From an uncultured SAR86 cluster bacterium (lineage in GTDB: Bacteria; Pseudomonadota; Gammaproteobacteria; Magnimaribacterales; AG-339-G14), in the NCBI GenBank assembly GCA_902589965.1, contig CACIUX010000001.1:35526-99525 (forward strand): a stretch of DNA of 64,000 nucleotides, written 5' to 3'. Shown piece after piece: positions 9,375 to 19,034 of the stretch (the first letter of the stretch is position 1; each line of letters begins with the position of its first letter). The notes beneath the pieces were generated by a model that ran no database searches, was not told where the DNA came from, and saw nothing but the letters and a program-made list of their open reading frames with translations. Both the position numbers and the translations under genes were made by a program.

Positions 9375-11269
9375 TTTCAAAATTAGAACATCCTTTAGAA
9401 ATGCTATCAACAGAGGAAATTTCTCTGGCATATGAAATATATAAAACATCAGAGGGATATGATGAAGCAACTCATTTTAGTCAGATCTCATTAGTGGAGC
9501 CTTCAAAAGAGTTTTTAAAAGATTTTAAGCTAGGCGATCCTTTTGAGAGGCAAGTCAAACTCGTTGGCAGAGATTCAGCTTTTGATGGAGGTTTTGTAGC
9601 AACGATTAACTTGTCAAACAAAACTCTCAATCTCGAGAGAGTCCCAGATTCAGCACAAGTTCAATATACCGTGCAAGATATTTTTACAGCCATGACTCTT
9701 TTAAAAGAACATCCAGATTATCAGGCAGCTATGAAAAAAAGAGGCATTGCCGATATGGAAAAGGTGCAAATTGATCCCTGGCCAGCCGGAGGAATTGTTC
9801 ATGAAAAAATCAAACAAGGGCATAGAGCTCTTAAAGGCATATCCTTTTTTAAGGAAGAAGCTGGAGATAATCCATATGCAAAACCCATTAATGGCGTAAT
9901 CGGACACGTTGATTTAACTCTCGGAGAAGTTGTCTGCGTAGAAGATCATGGAGTCGATCCTATCCCTCATGCTAAATCAAATTATGATGCAGCATCACAA
10001 AAAATCTTGCGAGATGAACCAAAAGAAATAAAAATCACTCAACCTTATGGAGTTGGTTTCAGCGTTGATAGAAATAAAATATCTTGGGAAGGCTGGGATG
10101 TAAGAGTTTCTTTAACTCCCGATGAAGGAGTAGTGCTTCACGAGCTTTCTCTTAATGATAGACCTATCTTATTCAGGGCTGCGATGTCAGACATGGTTGT
10201 ACCTTATGGATCAGCTGATCCTATGCACTCGTGGAAAGCAGTCCATGACGGAACTGAATACGGTTTCGGCAGGCTTTCAAATTCTCTTTCGTTAGGTTGT
10301 GATTGTCTTGGAGAGATTCATTATTTCAACGCTAGCGGTATATCTTTTGATGGATCAGTAGAAGTCATAGAAAACGCGATTTGCCTGCACGAAGAGGATT
10401 ATGGGATTCAATGGAAACACAATGATGGAATGGGAGCACCTAACGAGGTGCGAAGGTCCAGAAGGCTCGTAATCAGTTCGATATCAACAATAGGTAACTA
10501 TGATTACGGTTTATTTTGGTACTTATATTTAGATGGCACCATTGAAGCCGAAGTTAAACTGACTGGAATTGTTGGTATCAGCGCTTACAACGAAGAGAAA
10601 CATAATCCCAATCAAGATTTAAGAATTTCAAAGGAATTGGTTTCGCCAGTTCATCAACATCTTTTCTGTATGCGATTAGATTGGAATTTAGACGGAGGTA
10701 ATAACCAATTATTTGAGAGCGAAATTGAGTTGATGCCTGATGATGGTAATAACTCTCATGGAATGCAATTTCAATCCGTTTCTACACATTTAAAAACAGA
10801 GCATGAAGCTAAAAGAGATATTTCCCCTGCAACAAGCAGAGTATGGAAAGTAGTTAACCCGCAGAAAAAAAACGGCATGGGTCTGCCGGTAGCATATAAA
10901 TTACTGCCAGGAAATACACCTAAAATGCTTGCACGGGATGATTCTCCGCCAGCTAAAAGAGCCTCCTTTGGAAAACATAATCTTTGGGGGACGCCATTTA
11001 ACGATGGTGAGTATGCTGCGGGAGGAGCAAATTCAGTGATGCACTCTGGAGAAGGCGGCTTGGAGGATATTACTTCTGGGGACAGAGACATAAGTAACTG
11101 TGATTTAGTGACTTGGTATACATTTGGAGTAACGCATGTACCAAGACCGGAGGATTGGCCTGTCATGCCTGTTGAGTACTGCGGTTTTCATTTGATTCCT
11201 GTTGGTTTTTTTGATGAAAATCCAACTATAAATTTGCCTCCTAAATGCTTAAAGGATAAAAATAAATAA
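9371..11269 (+). CDS. copper-containing (topaquinone) primary-amine oxidase, cytoplasmic type
   Basis: TPQ precursor motif TIGNYDYGLFWYLYLDGTIE, His-x-His copper ligands (SPVHQHLF), MVVPYG and WHTFG-like VTWYTFGVTHVPRPEDWPVMP. It aligns along its length with Arthrobacter phenylethylamine oxidase as I recall that sequence. No signal peptide. ATGA overlap with the upstream gene. Confidence 0.9.
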   Translation: MISKLEHPLEMLSTEEISLAYEIYKTSEGYDEATHFSQISLVEPSKEFLKDFKLGDPFERQVKLVGRDSAFDGGFVATINLSNKTLNLERVPDSAQVQYTVQDIFTAMTLLKEHPDYQAAMKKRGIADMEKVQIDPWPAGGIVHEKIKQGHRALKGISFFKEEAGDNPYAKPINGVIGHVDLTLGEVVCVEDHGVDPIPHAKSNYDAASQKILRDEPKEIKITQPYGVGFSVDRNKISWEGWDVRVSLTPDEGVVLHELSLNDRPILFRAAMSDMVVPYGSADPMHSWKAVHDGTEYGFGRLSNSLSLGCDCLGEIHYFNASGISFDGSVEVIENAICLHEEDYGIQWKHNDGMGAPNEVRRSRRLVISSISTIGNYDYGLFWYLYLDGTIEAEVKLTGIVGISAYNEEKHNPNQDLRISKELVSPVHQHLFCMRLDWNLDGGNNQLFESEIELMPDDGNNSHGMQFQSVSTHLKTEHEAKRDISPATSRVWKVVNPQKKNGMGLPVAYKLLPGNTPKMLARDDSPPAKRASFGKHNLWGTPFNDGEYAAGGANSVMHSGEGGLEDITSGDRDISNCDLVTWYTFGVTHVPRPEDWPVMPVEYCGFHLIPVGFFDENPTINLPPKCLKDKNK

Positions 11270-11286
11270 TAAAGAATGGAGGAACC

Positions 11287-12075
11287 TTGTTGGATTTAAA
11301 CTTAGAAGGAAAAAGAGCTGTTGTAACAGGAGCTAGTCTAGGTATCGGAGAAGCTGTTGTGAAGATGCTCAGCGATCACGGAGCTTCAGTTACTTTTTGT
11401 GCTAGGAACAAAGATGCTATTGATTCTTTATCAAAATACAAGTCTGAAAATGCAACTTCCTCAATTAAAGGTCATATAGCTGATATGTCGAATGGGGAAT
11501 CTACCGAGAATTTTATACAGGAAACTCTTAAGGAAGGGCCTATTGATATCCTTGTAAACAATGTAGGTGCATCTCCATCCAGAAATTTTTTATATATGTC
11601 GGATGAAGATTGGCGGGATTTACATGAGCTTAACTTGCTATCTGCTGTAAGGTGCACAAGGTCATTTCTCCCCCACATGAGGGAGCAAAAATGGGGAAGG
11701 GTGATAATGATATCAAGCTCGGCAGGAAAATACCCAAGTGCTGCATTAATAGATTACGGAGCAACTAAATCAGCAATGATTTCTATTAGCAAATCTTTAG
11801 CAAAAAAATATGGAAGAGATGGAGTTTTAGTCAATTCAGTCTTACCTGGTCTTATTCATACAGCAATGTGGGAGAGAGCAGCTGGTGAGATTGCTGAGTC
11901 AACTGGAAGCAGTGCTGAAGAGGTCATCAAGAAAAATGGATTTTCTGTGCCGGTAGGCAGGTATGGAACATCTGAGGAAGTGGCTGCCTTGGTAGTTTTT
12001 TTGTGCTCAAATGCAGCTTCATATATAAATGGATCAGCAATCGAAGTGGATGGTGGACAAGCGGGGCATATTTAA
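11287..12075 (+). CDS. short-chain dehydrogenase/reductase (SDR)
   Basis: AVVTGASLGIGEA, NNVG, YGATKSAM. GGAGGA Shine-Dalgarno sequence before the TTG start (11287 or 11290). Confidence 0.85.
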   Translation: MLDLNLEGKRAVVTGASLGIGEAVVKMLSDHGASVTFCARNKDAIDSLSKYKSENATSSIKGHIADMSNGESTENFIQETLKEGPIDILVNNVGASPSRNFLYMSDEDWRDLHELNLLSAVRCTRSFLPHMREQKWGRVIMISSSAGKYPSAALIDYGATKSAMISISKSLAKKYGRDGVLVNSVLPGLIHTAMWERAAGEIAESTGSSAEEVIKKNGFSVPVGRYGTSEEVAALVVFLCSNAASYINGSAIEVDGGQAGHI

Positions 12076-12348
12076 ATGAGTGAACTAAACGATGATCAAA
12101 AAAGACTGGCGGATGCTCTTGAAGAGTTAAAAGAACATAAATTTATGAAAATACATGAGTCCGCTTGGAAATTTTTGTATTACAACTTGCTGAGGGGTTT
12201 GGCTATTGGGCTAGGATCTGTTGTAGGAGCAACTTTACTAGTGACTATTTTCATACAAATCCTTGCTCAAATAGAATTTGTTCCTATTTTAGGCAACTAT
12301 GCTCACCAGATTATTGAAATAATCGAGAGACTAGATAAGAAAGGTTAA
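12076..12348 (+). CDS. small membrane protein of unknown function (DUF5665-like)
   Basis: 90 aa with one long hydrophobic segment (GLAIGLGSVVGATLLVTIFIQILAQI). It abuts the SDR stop codon (TAAATG). Confidence 0.45.
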   Translation: MSELNDDQKRLADALEELKEHKFMKIHESAWKFLYYNLLRGLAIGLGSVVGATLLVTIFIQILAQIEFVPILGNYAHQIIEIIERLDKKG

Positions 12349-13170
12349 TTACTTTCCTTCAAAAACAGGTTCTTTCTTTTCCACGAATGCTTTGACAGCA
12401 TTTTTGTGATCATGAGTTTGACCGCAATGAATATGATGAGTTGCCTCTAAATCCAGACAATCATCTACATCACCATGCATAGCTCTATTAAGGTTTTCTT
12501 TCATGTATCTGAATGCAACAGCAGGCCCAGAGGCAAGTTTTTCTGCAATTTCTTTTGTTTTGAGTTCAAGATCATCTGGCTCAACTACCCAATTAGTTAA
12601 GCCAAGCTCAAGAGCCTGATCAGCAGAAATCCTATCTGACAGAAAATATAATTCCCTTGCTTTTGCAGATCCAATAAGTTGGGTCATGAAATAGCTTCCT
12701 CCGTAATCGCCTGAAAAACCAACTTTCGCAAAAGCTGTTGTCATGAAAGCTTCAGAGGACATTATTCTTAGGTCACAAGACAAAGCATATGATAGTCCTG
12801 CTCCCGCTGCAGCTCCTGATAAAGAAGCGATAGTAGGCTTAGGCATCTTAAAAAGCTTTCCTGAGGTACCTCTTTGGTGATCTCGTTGTTTATGGATTGC
12901 TGCATCTATGGTGTTATCACCGACAGTTCCATCACCTCTTGAAGCCATTCCTTTAACATCTCCTCCTGCGCAAAAGCCTTTACCTGAACCTGTCAAAACA
13001 ATGCATCTGATTTCATTATCCAGTTCAAAAGCGGCAATAGTATCTTGCATGGCTTTGTTCATTTCTTGAGACATTGCATTTCTTGCCTCGGGACGATTCA
13101 TAACGAGATATCCAACTCCATTTTCTTTTCTTGCTAATAAATCTTCTGTACCAGTATCAATTGTTGTCAT
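12349..13170 (-). CDS. enoyl-CoA hydratase/isomerase family protein
   Basis: GKGFCAGGDV and SGAAAGAGLSYALSCDLRI crotonase motifs. 273 aa. Confidence 0.85.
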   Translation of the reverse strand: MTTIDTGTEDLLARKENGVGYLVMNRPEARNAMSQEMNKAMQDTIAAFELDNEIRCIVLTGSGKGFCAGGDVKGMASRGDGTVGDNTIDAAIHKQRDHQRGTSGKLFKMPKPTIASLSGAAAGAGLSYALSCDLRIMSSEAFMTTAFAKVGFSGDYGGSYFMTQLIGSAKARELYFLSDRISADQALELGLTNWVVEPDDLELKTKEIAEKLASGPAVAFRYMKENLNRAMHGDVDDCLDLEATHHIHCGQTHDHKNAVKAFVEKKEPVFEGK

Positions 13171-13211
13171 TTATTCCTCACTCCATTTTTATTTGTTATT
13201 CTACAAATATT

Positions 13212-13961
13212 ATGAGGATAAGACAGTTAGTTTTTGTAGCAAAGGAAAGAGATGAATTAGCCCAACAAATTTGCGATCTTTTTGAATTAAATGAAACATT
13301 CAATGACCCTGGAATTATTCATTTTGGGTTAGAAAATGTTCTCATCCCTTTAAATGACACTTTTATAGAAATCGTTACGCCAGTTCAAGAAAATACTACC
13401 GCAGAAAGATTTCTTGATAAAAGAGGAGGGGATGGAGGCTATATGGTTATTTTGGATGTAGATGATTTTGAGGCCGAGAAGAAAAGAGTTGAGGATGAAA
13501 ATATATCTATTGTGTGGAATGCCGATAGAAAAGAAGAAGATATACATGCTAAAGCAATTCACCTTCATCCTAAAGAGACTGGTGGCGCTATTTTATCCTT
13601 AGATAAAATGATCCCAGAAAATGCATGGTTATGGGCAGGAACAAATTGGAGGAAAGATATTAGCAAATCCCTAGTCGACTGCCTCACCGGCGTTATCCTT
13701 CAGTCAGATGATCCTGATAATCTATGTTCTAAATGGGAAAAAGCACTGGGCAAAACAAAATCTTCAAATGAAGTAGCCATCGAACTTAATAGTTCTAAAA
13801 TATCTTTTATAAAAAGTACCGATGGTAGAGGCGAAGGAGTAAACGCTTTTGTTATCAAAACTTCTGATAAAGATGAAGTATTAAAGAGAGCTGATGAAAT
13901 GAATCTTCTTACTGAAGATGAAATTATGTTAGGTGGAGTAAAAATGATTCTAGAGGATTAA
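13212..13961 (+). CDS. glyoxalase/VOC-like domain protein
   Basis: MRIRQLVFVAKERDEL...FIEIVTP...GGYMVILDVDD resembles Glyoxalase_3/VOC-type proteins. ATG 13212 is chosen because the longest-ORF start (13131) would overlap the divergent crotonase gene. Confidence 0.5.
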   Translation: MRIRQLVFVAKERDELAQQICDLFELNETFNDPGIIHFGLENVLIPLNDTFIEIVTPVQENTTAERFLDKRGGDGGYMVILDVDDFEAEKKRVEDENISIVWNADRKEEDIHAKAIHLHPKETGGAILSLDKMIPENAWLWAGTNWRKDISKSLVDCLTGVILQSDDPDNLCSKWEKALGKTKSSNEVAIELNSSKISFIKSTDGRGEGVNAFVIKTSDKDEVLKRADEMNLLTEDEIMLGGVKMILED

Positions 13962-13967
13962 GGATAA

Positions 13968-15365
13968 ATGGAATTAGATTACAGAGACCATTCATTGGTT
14001 GAACTTGCAAAAAAAGTTAATTCAAGAGAATTGAGTGCAGAAGAACTTATAAAAGCTTCCCTTAAAAATATTGAAGATGTGGATAAAGAGATTAATGCTT
14101 TTTGTTCTATAAATCCTGAACTTTCCATTAAGGAAGCAAAAAAAGTAGACGAAAAGATTTCTAAAGGTGAGAACTTACCTCTTGGAGGTTTGGCCTTAGG
14201 GGTAAAAGATTTAGAAGATGCAGAAGGTTACGTTACTGCTTATGGTTCTGACTTCCATACAAATGATCAACCAGCAAAAACTGATTCAATTCTTGTAAAA
14301 AGGCTTCGTGCAGCAGGAGCAATTGTTGTAGGAAAAACTAATACTCCTGAATTCGGTTACAAAGGAGTTACCGATAATGTTCCCTTTGGAGCTTCGAAAA
14401 ATCCTTGGAATAAAGAATTTACCCCTGGAGGGTCATCTGGTGGATCATCGGCCGCTTTAGCTGCAGGCATGGTGCCAATTACTACTGGATCAGACGGAGG
14501 GGGGTCAATTAGAATCCCAGCAGCGTTATGCGGGTTAAGCGCAATAAAAACTTCGCAAGGTAGAGTTCCTAATGGTGGTCCAACACCTCCTGGTTCTGGC
14601 ATTCTAACTGTTAAAGGTCCGATGACTAATAAAATAGATGAAGCAGCCTACTCATTGGATAACTGTATTGGTCCTGAGTCTTCTGATATTTTTTCATTAC
14701 CTAAACCTAAAGAAAGTTGGTATGAAAATTTAAATGCCGATCTTCCAGAAAGGATTATTTGGACTTCTACTTTTGGTTTCGCAGATGTTGATAAAGAAAT
14801 TAAAGAAAAATCTGAAGAAGCAATTTCCAAAATAGAATCAGCAGGTTGTGAAGTCATTCGGGATGAAGAAATATGGAAGGAAGATCCCGTTAGTTCTTGG
14901 TTAGTTTTCTGGACTGGGGCAAGAGGAAGGGCTCAAGGGCATCTCAGAGGAACTTCAGACTGGGAAAGAATTGATGCAGATCTAAGACCACAAATTGAAT
15001 GGGGCATGGATAATTTTAGTGCTGCAGATTATGCAGCTGCTTTCGACCAATGTCATTATCTGAGTCTAAAACTTGAGGAAAGATTTCAAAAAGCTCCCCT
15101 AATTCTTTCACCAGCTACATGCGGGTTAACACCAAAAATATACGAACAAGGAATTGTTAATGGCGAAGAAACACCTGCCTGGGTTGCTTTTACTTACGGA
15201 ATTAATATGACTAGAAATCCAGCTGGAACCTTTCCAATCGGTTTAAGTACTCAAGGTTTACCCATTGGTATACAAGTCATAGGTTCTCAGCAAGATGATT
15301 TGGGAGTTCTTCAAGGCATTAAGAATTTTGAAAATATAATGAACTTTAATATTAAGGCTTCATAA
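13968..15365 (+). CDS. amidase-signature (AS) family amidase
   Basis: GGSSGGSSAALAAG followed by GSDGGGSIRIPAALCG is the AS-family signature. 465 aa. Confidence 0.9.
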   Translation: MELDYRDHSLVELAKKVNSRELSAEELIKASLKNIEDVDKEINAFCSINPELSIKEAKKVDEKISKGENLPLGGLALGVKDLEDAEGYVTAYGSDFHTNDQPAKTDSILVKRLRAAGAIVVGKTNTPEFGYKGVTDNVPFGASKNPWNKEFTPGGSSGGSSAALAAGMVPITTGSDGGGSIRIPAALCGLSAIKTSQGRVPNGGPTPPGSGILTVKGPMTNKIDEAAYSLDNCIGPESSDIFSLPKPKESWYENLNADLPERIIWTSTFGFADVDKEIKEKSEEAISKIESAGCEVIRDEEIWKEDPVSSWLVFWTGARGRAQGHLRGTSDWERIDADLRPQIEWGMDNFSAADYAAAFDQCHYLSLKLEERFQKAPLILSPATCGLTPKIYEQGIVNGEETPAWVAFTYGINMTRNPAGTFPIGLSTQGLPIGIQVIGSQQDDLGVLQGIKNFENIMNFNIKAS

Positions 15366-15367
15366 AA

Positions 15368-16888
15368 ATGTCAAACCATTCTGCTTACAGAACATTTGTA
15401 GATAGGCTATCGAAGACTAAAGACTCTGCAAGAGAAAAATCTACAAAGAAGAGAAAAAGTTTAGGTCTTCGAACTGCCAGAGAGAATCTTGATGATCTAG
15501 TAGATCCCGGGAGCTTTCTAGAATTTGGAGCTTTTGCGGTTGCCGCTCAAAGAAATAGAAGAGATTATGAAGAGTTACAACTTGAGACGTCTGCTGATGG
15601 CATACTGACAGGATTTTGTAATATAAATGAAGATGAGGTGGGAGAAGATAACTCTCACGCAGCAGCAATAATTTATGATTATTCTGTCTTAGCAGGCTCC
15701 CAAGGTTTTTTTCATCATCAAAAACTAGATAGGATTTGTGAAAAAGCTGAAGAATTCTCTTTGCCTGTCGTAATTTTTACAGAAGGTGGAGGAGGTAGAC
15801 CTGGAGATACAGATGTCACTACCCAGATAGCTGGGCTTCATATTCCTTCATTTTCTACTTGGGCAAGACTAACTGGAAAATGTTTAAAAATTGCAGTCAA
15901 TAATGGTTATTGCTTTGCAGGAAATGCAGTCCTTTTTGGATGTTCGGACTTTATGATTGCAACCAAACAATCCTGGATTGGTATGGCTGGACCAGCAATG
16001 ATTGAAGGAGGAGGACTAGGAGTCTATGATCCCAAAGAAATAGGTCCTGCTGAAGAACAATACAAAAATGGAGTTCTAGATTATCTAGCTGAAGATGAGA
16101 AAGAAGCAACTTTTATTGCAAAAAAACTTCTTTCTTATTTTCAAGGTAATTTATCTGATTGGTCTATTGATGACCAAACCAAACTAAGAGACATAATTCC
16201 TGAAGATCGACGATGGGCATATCCTGTTAGAGATGTAATAGAAATTCTTTCAGATAGAGACTCTTTTTTGGAGCTTAGAAAAGTTTATGGGAGAAGTGTT
16301 ATCACTGGGTTCATAAGAATTGAAGGCAAACCATTTGGCCTTGTAGCCAGCGATTGCCAGCAACTTGGAGGAGCAGTAGATTCCGAGGCAGCTGAAAAAG
16401 CAGCTGCATTCATTGAAATATGCAATGCACATAATTTACCAATTTTATCTTTGGTTGATACCCCAGGATTTATGGTAGGCCCTGATAGTGAGCTTGAAGG
16501 TTCTGTGAGGAGAATGGCAACGCTATTAGTATCCGGGGCAAAAATAACTTCTCCACATATAGCAATTTTCTTAAGAAAAGGTTATGGGTTAGGAGCACAG
16601 GCAATGGTTGGGGGCAGCTTTCATGATCCCATTTACACTGCTTCTTGGCCTACTGGAGAATTCGGCGGAATGGGGCTAGAAGGAGCTGTAAAGCTAGGAT
16701 TTAGAAAAGAACTCGAAGCAGAAACAGATCCAAAGAAAAAAGAAGATCTCTATAATAAATTAGTTGAGAGATCTTACGAGAAAGGTAAGGCTATAGAAGC
16801 TGCTGCACATTTAGAAATTGATGCTGTAATAGATCCTGCTGATACTAGGAAGGTGATATTGAAGGCCCTAAAGACTAATTTTATTTAA
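15368..16888 (+). CDS. acyl-CoA carboxyltransferase-domain protein (PccB/MccB-like), no partner subunits nearby
   Basis: N-terminal LRTARENLDDLVDPGSFLEFG and C-terminal LVDTPGFMVGPDSELEGSVRRMATLL are typical Carboxyl_trans domain motifs. 506 aa. A 2-nt gap separates it from the amidase. Confidence 0.8.
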   Translation: MSNHSAYRTFVDRLSKTKDSAREKSTKKRKSLGLRTARENLDDLVDPGSFLEFGAFAVAAQRNRRDYEELQLETSADGILTGFCNINEDEVGEDNSHAAAIIYDYSVLAGSQGFFHHQKLDRICEKAEEFSLPVVIFTEGGGGRPGDTDVTTQIAGLHIPSFSTWARLTGKCLKIAVNNGYCFAGNAVLFGCSDFMIATKQSWIGMAGPAMIEGGGLGVYDPKEIGPAEEQYKNGVLDYLAEDEKEATFIAKKLLSYFQGNLSDWSIDDQTKLRDIIPEDRRWAYPVRDVIEILSDRDSFLELRKVYGRSVITGFIRIEGKPFGLVASDCQQLGGAVDSEAAEKAAAFIEICNAHNLPILSLVDTPGFMVGPDSELEGSVRRMATLLVSGAKITSPHIAIFLRKGYGLGAQAMVGGSFHDPIYTASWPTGEFGGMGLEGAVKLGFRKELEAETDPKKKEDLYNKLVERSYEKGKAIEAAAHLEIDAVIDPADTRKVILKALKTNFI

Positions 16889-17213
16889 CCTTATCTTCGG
16901 TATGCCTTTCTCCGTTGAACACAGCCGCAAATTCTAGAAGTTCATCAGATTCATTGAAAACTCTATGGAATGCTCCATCCGGAACAGGAATTACATCGCC
17001 TTTTTTAACTTCAAATTTATGATCATTTATTTGCATGATCCCAGTCCCAGAAGTAAAAACATATACTTCTTCTTGACCATCATGACTATGACCACTAGTG
17101 GCTTTATGCGGATTTAATTTGGTAATGCTTGGAACAAGTTTATTTAATTCCTTGTTATCCAAAACGACGTATCTGTCATCTTCTTTTACTACATACCAAT
17201 TACTTTTATTCAT
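16881..17213 (-). CDS. cupin domain protein
   Basis: Cupin motif 1 SGHSHDGQEEVYVFTSGTG and motif 2 GDVIPVPDGAFHRVFN. 110 aa. Confidence 0.7.
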   Translation of the reverse strand: MNKSNWYVVKEDDRYVVLDNKELNKLVPSITKLNPHKATSGHSHDGQEEVYVFTSGTGIMQINDHKFEVKKGDVIPVPDGAFHRVFNESDELLEFAAVFNGERHTEDKVK

Positions 17214-17260
17214 AAACTCATTATACTAAATTTATAAAACATAATAGAAAACTAAATTGA

Positions 17261-18487
17261 ATGTCAGATAATTTATTATTAAAAGGCTTAAAAGTCATTG
17301 ATGCTGGAAGCTTTATTGCCGGACCAGTTTCAACAACCATTCTTTCTGATTTTGGAGCTGAGGTAATTAAAATTGAGCCGCCCATAACAGGAGATAGCCT
17401 TAGACACCTCATAGAGAGAACAAAAAGAGTAAATCCTAGTGCCGAAGAAGATTATTGCTGGCAACTCACTTCTAGAAATAAGAAAAGTTTAGCCTTAGAT
17501 TTAGGCTCAGAGAAAGGCCAAGAAATACTTCATAAACTCATCAAAGAAGCAGATGTATTTGTAACTAATATGCCTCAAAGGATCAGAGAGAAATTAAAAA
17601 TCAACTCCTCTGATTTATTGCCATTAAACGAAAGATTAATATATGGATCTCTTACAGGTTACGGCGAAAAAGGCCCTGATTCACACAGGACTGCTTTTGA
17701 CACAATGGCTTGGTGGGCAAGAAGCGGTTTAATGGATATAGTTAGACCTTCGGAGAATTCTGCACCTGCAAATCCTCCCATTGGAATGGGCGATCAACCT
17801 ACGGGAGTAGCTCTATTTGCCAGCATAATGACGGCACTCTACCGAAGAGAAATGACTGGGAAAGGAGGCGAAGTGAATACTTCTTTGATGGCAAATGGAG
17901 CATGGTCCAACGGATCATTTATCCAAGCTGGACTATTTGGAGCACAGTTTCCTGAGAGAAAAGAACCATCTCCACTTCATCCTTTTGGTGGCAGATACAA
18001 AACAAAAGATAATAGGTATTTGATTCTTGCTATTATCGATGCAAATAAAGAATGGCCGAAATTATTAAAAGCTCTTGATATTGAATATTTAAACGAAGAT
18101 CCTAGATTTTCATCCTTCAAAAAAATGAATGAAAACTTTACCATTTTATATGAGGAGCTCGAAAAGATATTCATACAATATTCATTAAAAGAAATTACTG
18201 AAAAATTAAGGTTCTCAGAAGTTACTTTTGGCATCCTAAGTCATTCAAATGACCACTCGAAAGATCAACAATTCATCGAAAGTGAAGTATTGGTAAAATT
18301 TGATAAAGGAAGTTTTGATGAGGATTTCTTGACAGTAAACAGTCCTATTTTTTTAGAAAATGAACCAAAAAAAATTCCTACAAAAGCTCCAAAGTTGGGA
18401 GAACACACGAAAGAAATACTTTCTTCTTTAGGTCAAGATGAAGACGAGATAGCTCAGCTTAAACAAGATGGTATCATTGATTTTTAA
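17261..18487 (+). CDS. family III CoA-transferase (CaiB/BaiF type)
   Basis: LKGLKVIDAGSFIAGPVSTTILSDFGAEVIKIEPP. 408 aa. Paralogous in family, but not at the DNA level, to 5010-6191. Confidence 0.85.
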   Translation: MSDNLLLKGLKVIDAGSFIAGPVSTTILSDFGAEVIKIEPPITGDSLRHLIERTKRVNPSAEEDYCWQLTSRNKKSLALDLGSEKGQEILHKLIKEADVFVTNMPQRIREKLKINSSDLLPLNERLIYGSLTGYGEKGPDSHRTAFDTMAWWARSGLMDIVRPSENSAPANPPIGMGDQPTGVALFASIMTALYRREMTGKGGEVNTSLMANGAWSNGSFIQAGLFGAQFPERKEPSPLHPFGGRYKTKDNRYLILAIIDANKEWPKLLKALDIEYLNEDPRFSSFKKMNENFTILYEELEKIFIQYSLKEITEKLRFSEVTFGILSHSNDHSKDQQFIESEVLVKFDKGSFDEDFLTVNSPIFLENEPKKIPTKAPKLGEHTKEILSSLGQDEDEIAQLKQDGIIDF

Positions 18488-18507
18488 TTCTTTGATTTTA
18501 AAAAAAA

Positions 18508-19032
18508 ATGCGCTTCATTCTTTTTTTTCTTCCCTTAATTAGCATCTCAGTTTATTCCTTGGATATTAAAATTTCTAAAAATATCTGGGAATTTACACCT
18601 GATGGTGTGATGGGAGGTAAATCTAAAGGTTCAATTCAATTTCTAAATACGGAAGGTTTTGACTACATTTCTTTCAGAGGAAATGTCAATACAGATGGCG
18701 GCGGATTTCTTATGTTCAGATCTGAAATAGATAAAAAGGATTTAAAAGTATTTTCAAAGATAAGTTTTTTGGCTAGAGGAAATGATGAAAAATACTATTT
18801 TCATATAAAGTCGAGGGGCCAAGTTTTACCATGGGTTAGACATCTTAAAGAATTCAAAGTTGGAAAAGATTGGAAAGAATACGTTTTAAATATTGAAGAC
18901 TTTGTTGGGTATAGTAATAGTAGGACTTTCAATAAATCCATAAATCCAAAAAAAATAAAACTTCTTGGGATTGAAGCTTATGGAAGAGATCACGAAGTAG
19001 AGCTAGATATAGCAAAAATAAAAATTTTCTAA
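18508..19032 (+). CDS. CIA30-like (complex I intermediate-associated protein 30 family) domain protein with signal peptide
   Basis: Signal-like MRFILFFLPLISISVYS, then DGVMGGKSKGSIQF...DGGGFLMFRS typical of CIA30 domains. Confidence 0.55.
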   Translation: MRFILFFLPLISISVYSLDIKISKNIWEFTPDGVMGGKSKGSIQFLNTEGFDYISFRGNVNTDGGGFLMFRSEIDKKDLKVFSKISFLARGNDEKYYFHIKSRGQVLPWVRHLKEFKVGKDWKEYVLNIEDFVGYSNSRTFNKSINPKKIKLLGIEAYGRDHEVELDIAKIKIF

Positions 19033-19034
19033 TT

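Noticed and set aside
10771-11166. 131-aa antisense ORF inside the amine oxidase gene, plus the many other 60-105-aa antisense or alternate-frame ORFs in the track (for example 1868-2182, 19112-19432, 26635-26937, 47671-47973, 60918-61235)
   Set aside because: All are fully embedded in long ORFs with strong family motifs on the other strand or frame. They have odd composition and no recognisable motifs or ribosome-binding sites. I treat them as chance ORFs.
13131-13211. Longest-ORF N-terminal extensions at 13131, 35992, 46002 (minus), 52172, 63243 (minus), 28522 (minus), 1341 and 21554
   Set aside because: Each extension would overlap a neighbouring gene or its promoter region, or would add non-homologous residues. 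Downstream ATGs give family-typical N-termini, often with a Shine-Dalgarno sequence. The starts were adjusted accordingly (13212, 36040, 45951, 52202, 63222, 28498, 1359, 21557).
16881-17213. Small cupin as a DddK/DddQ/DddW-like DMSP lyase, a tempting idea in a marine genome next to CoA-transferases
   Set aside because: It has the generic cupin HxH...E and second-motif His. However, it lacks the Tyr/Pro context I associate with cupin DMSP lyases, and it is shorter. Nothing beyond the fold supports the assignment.
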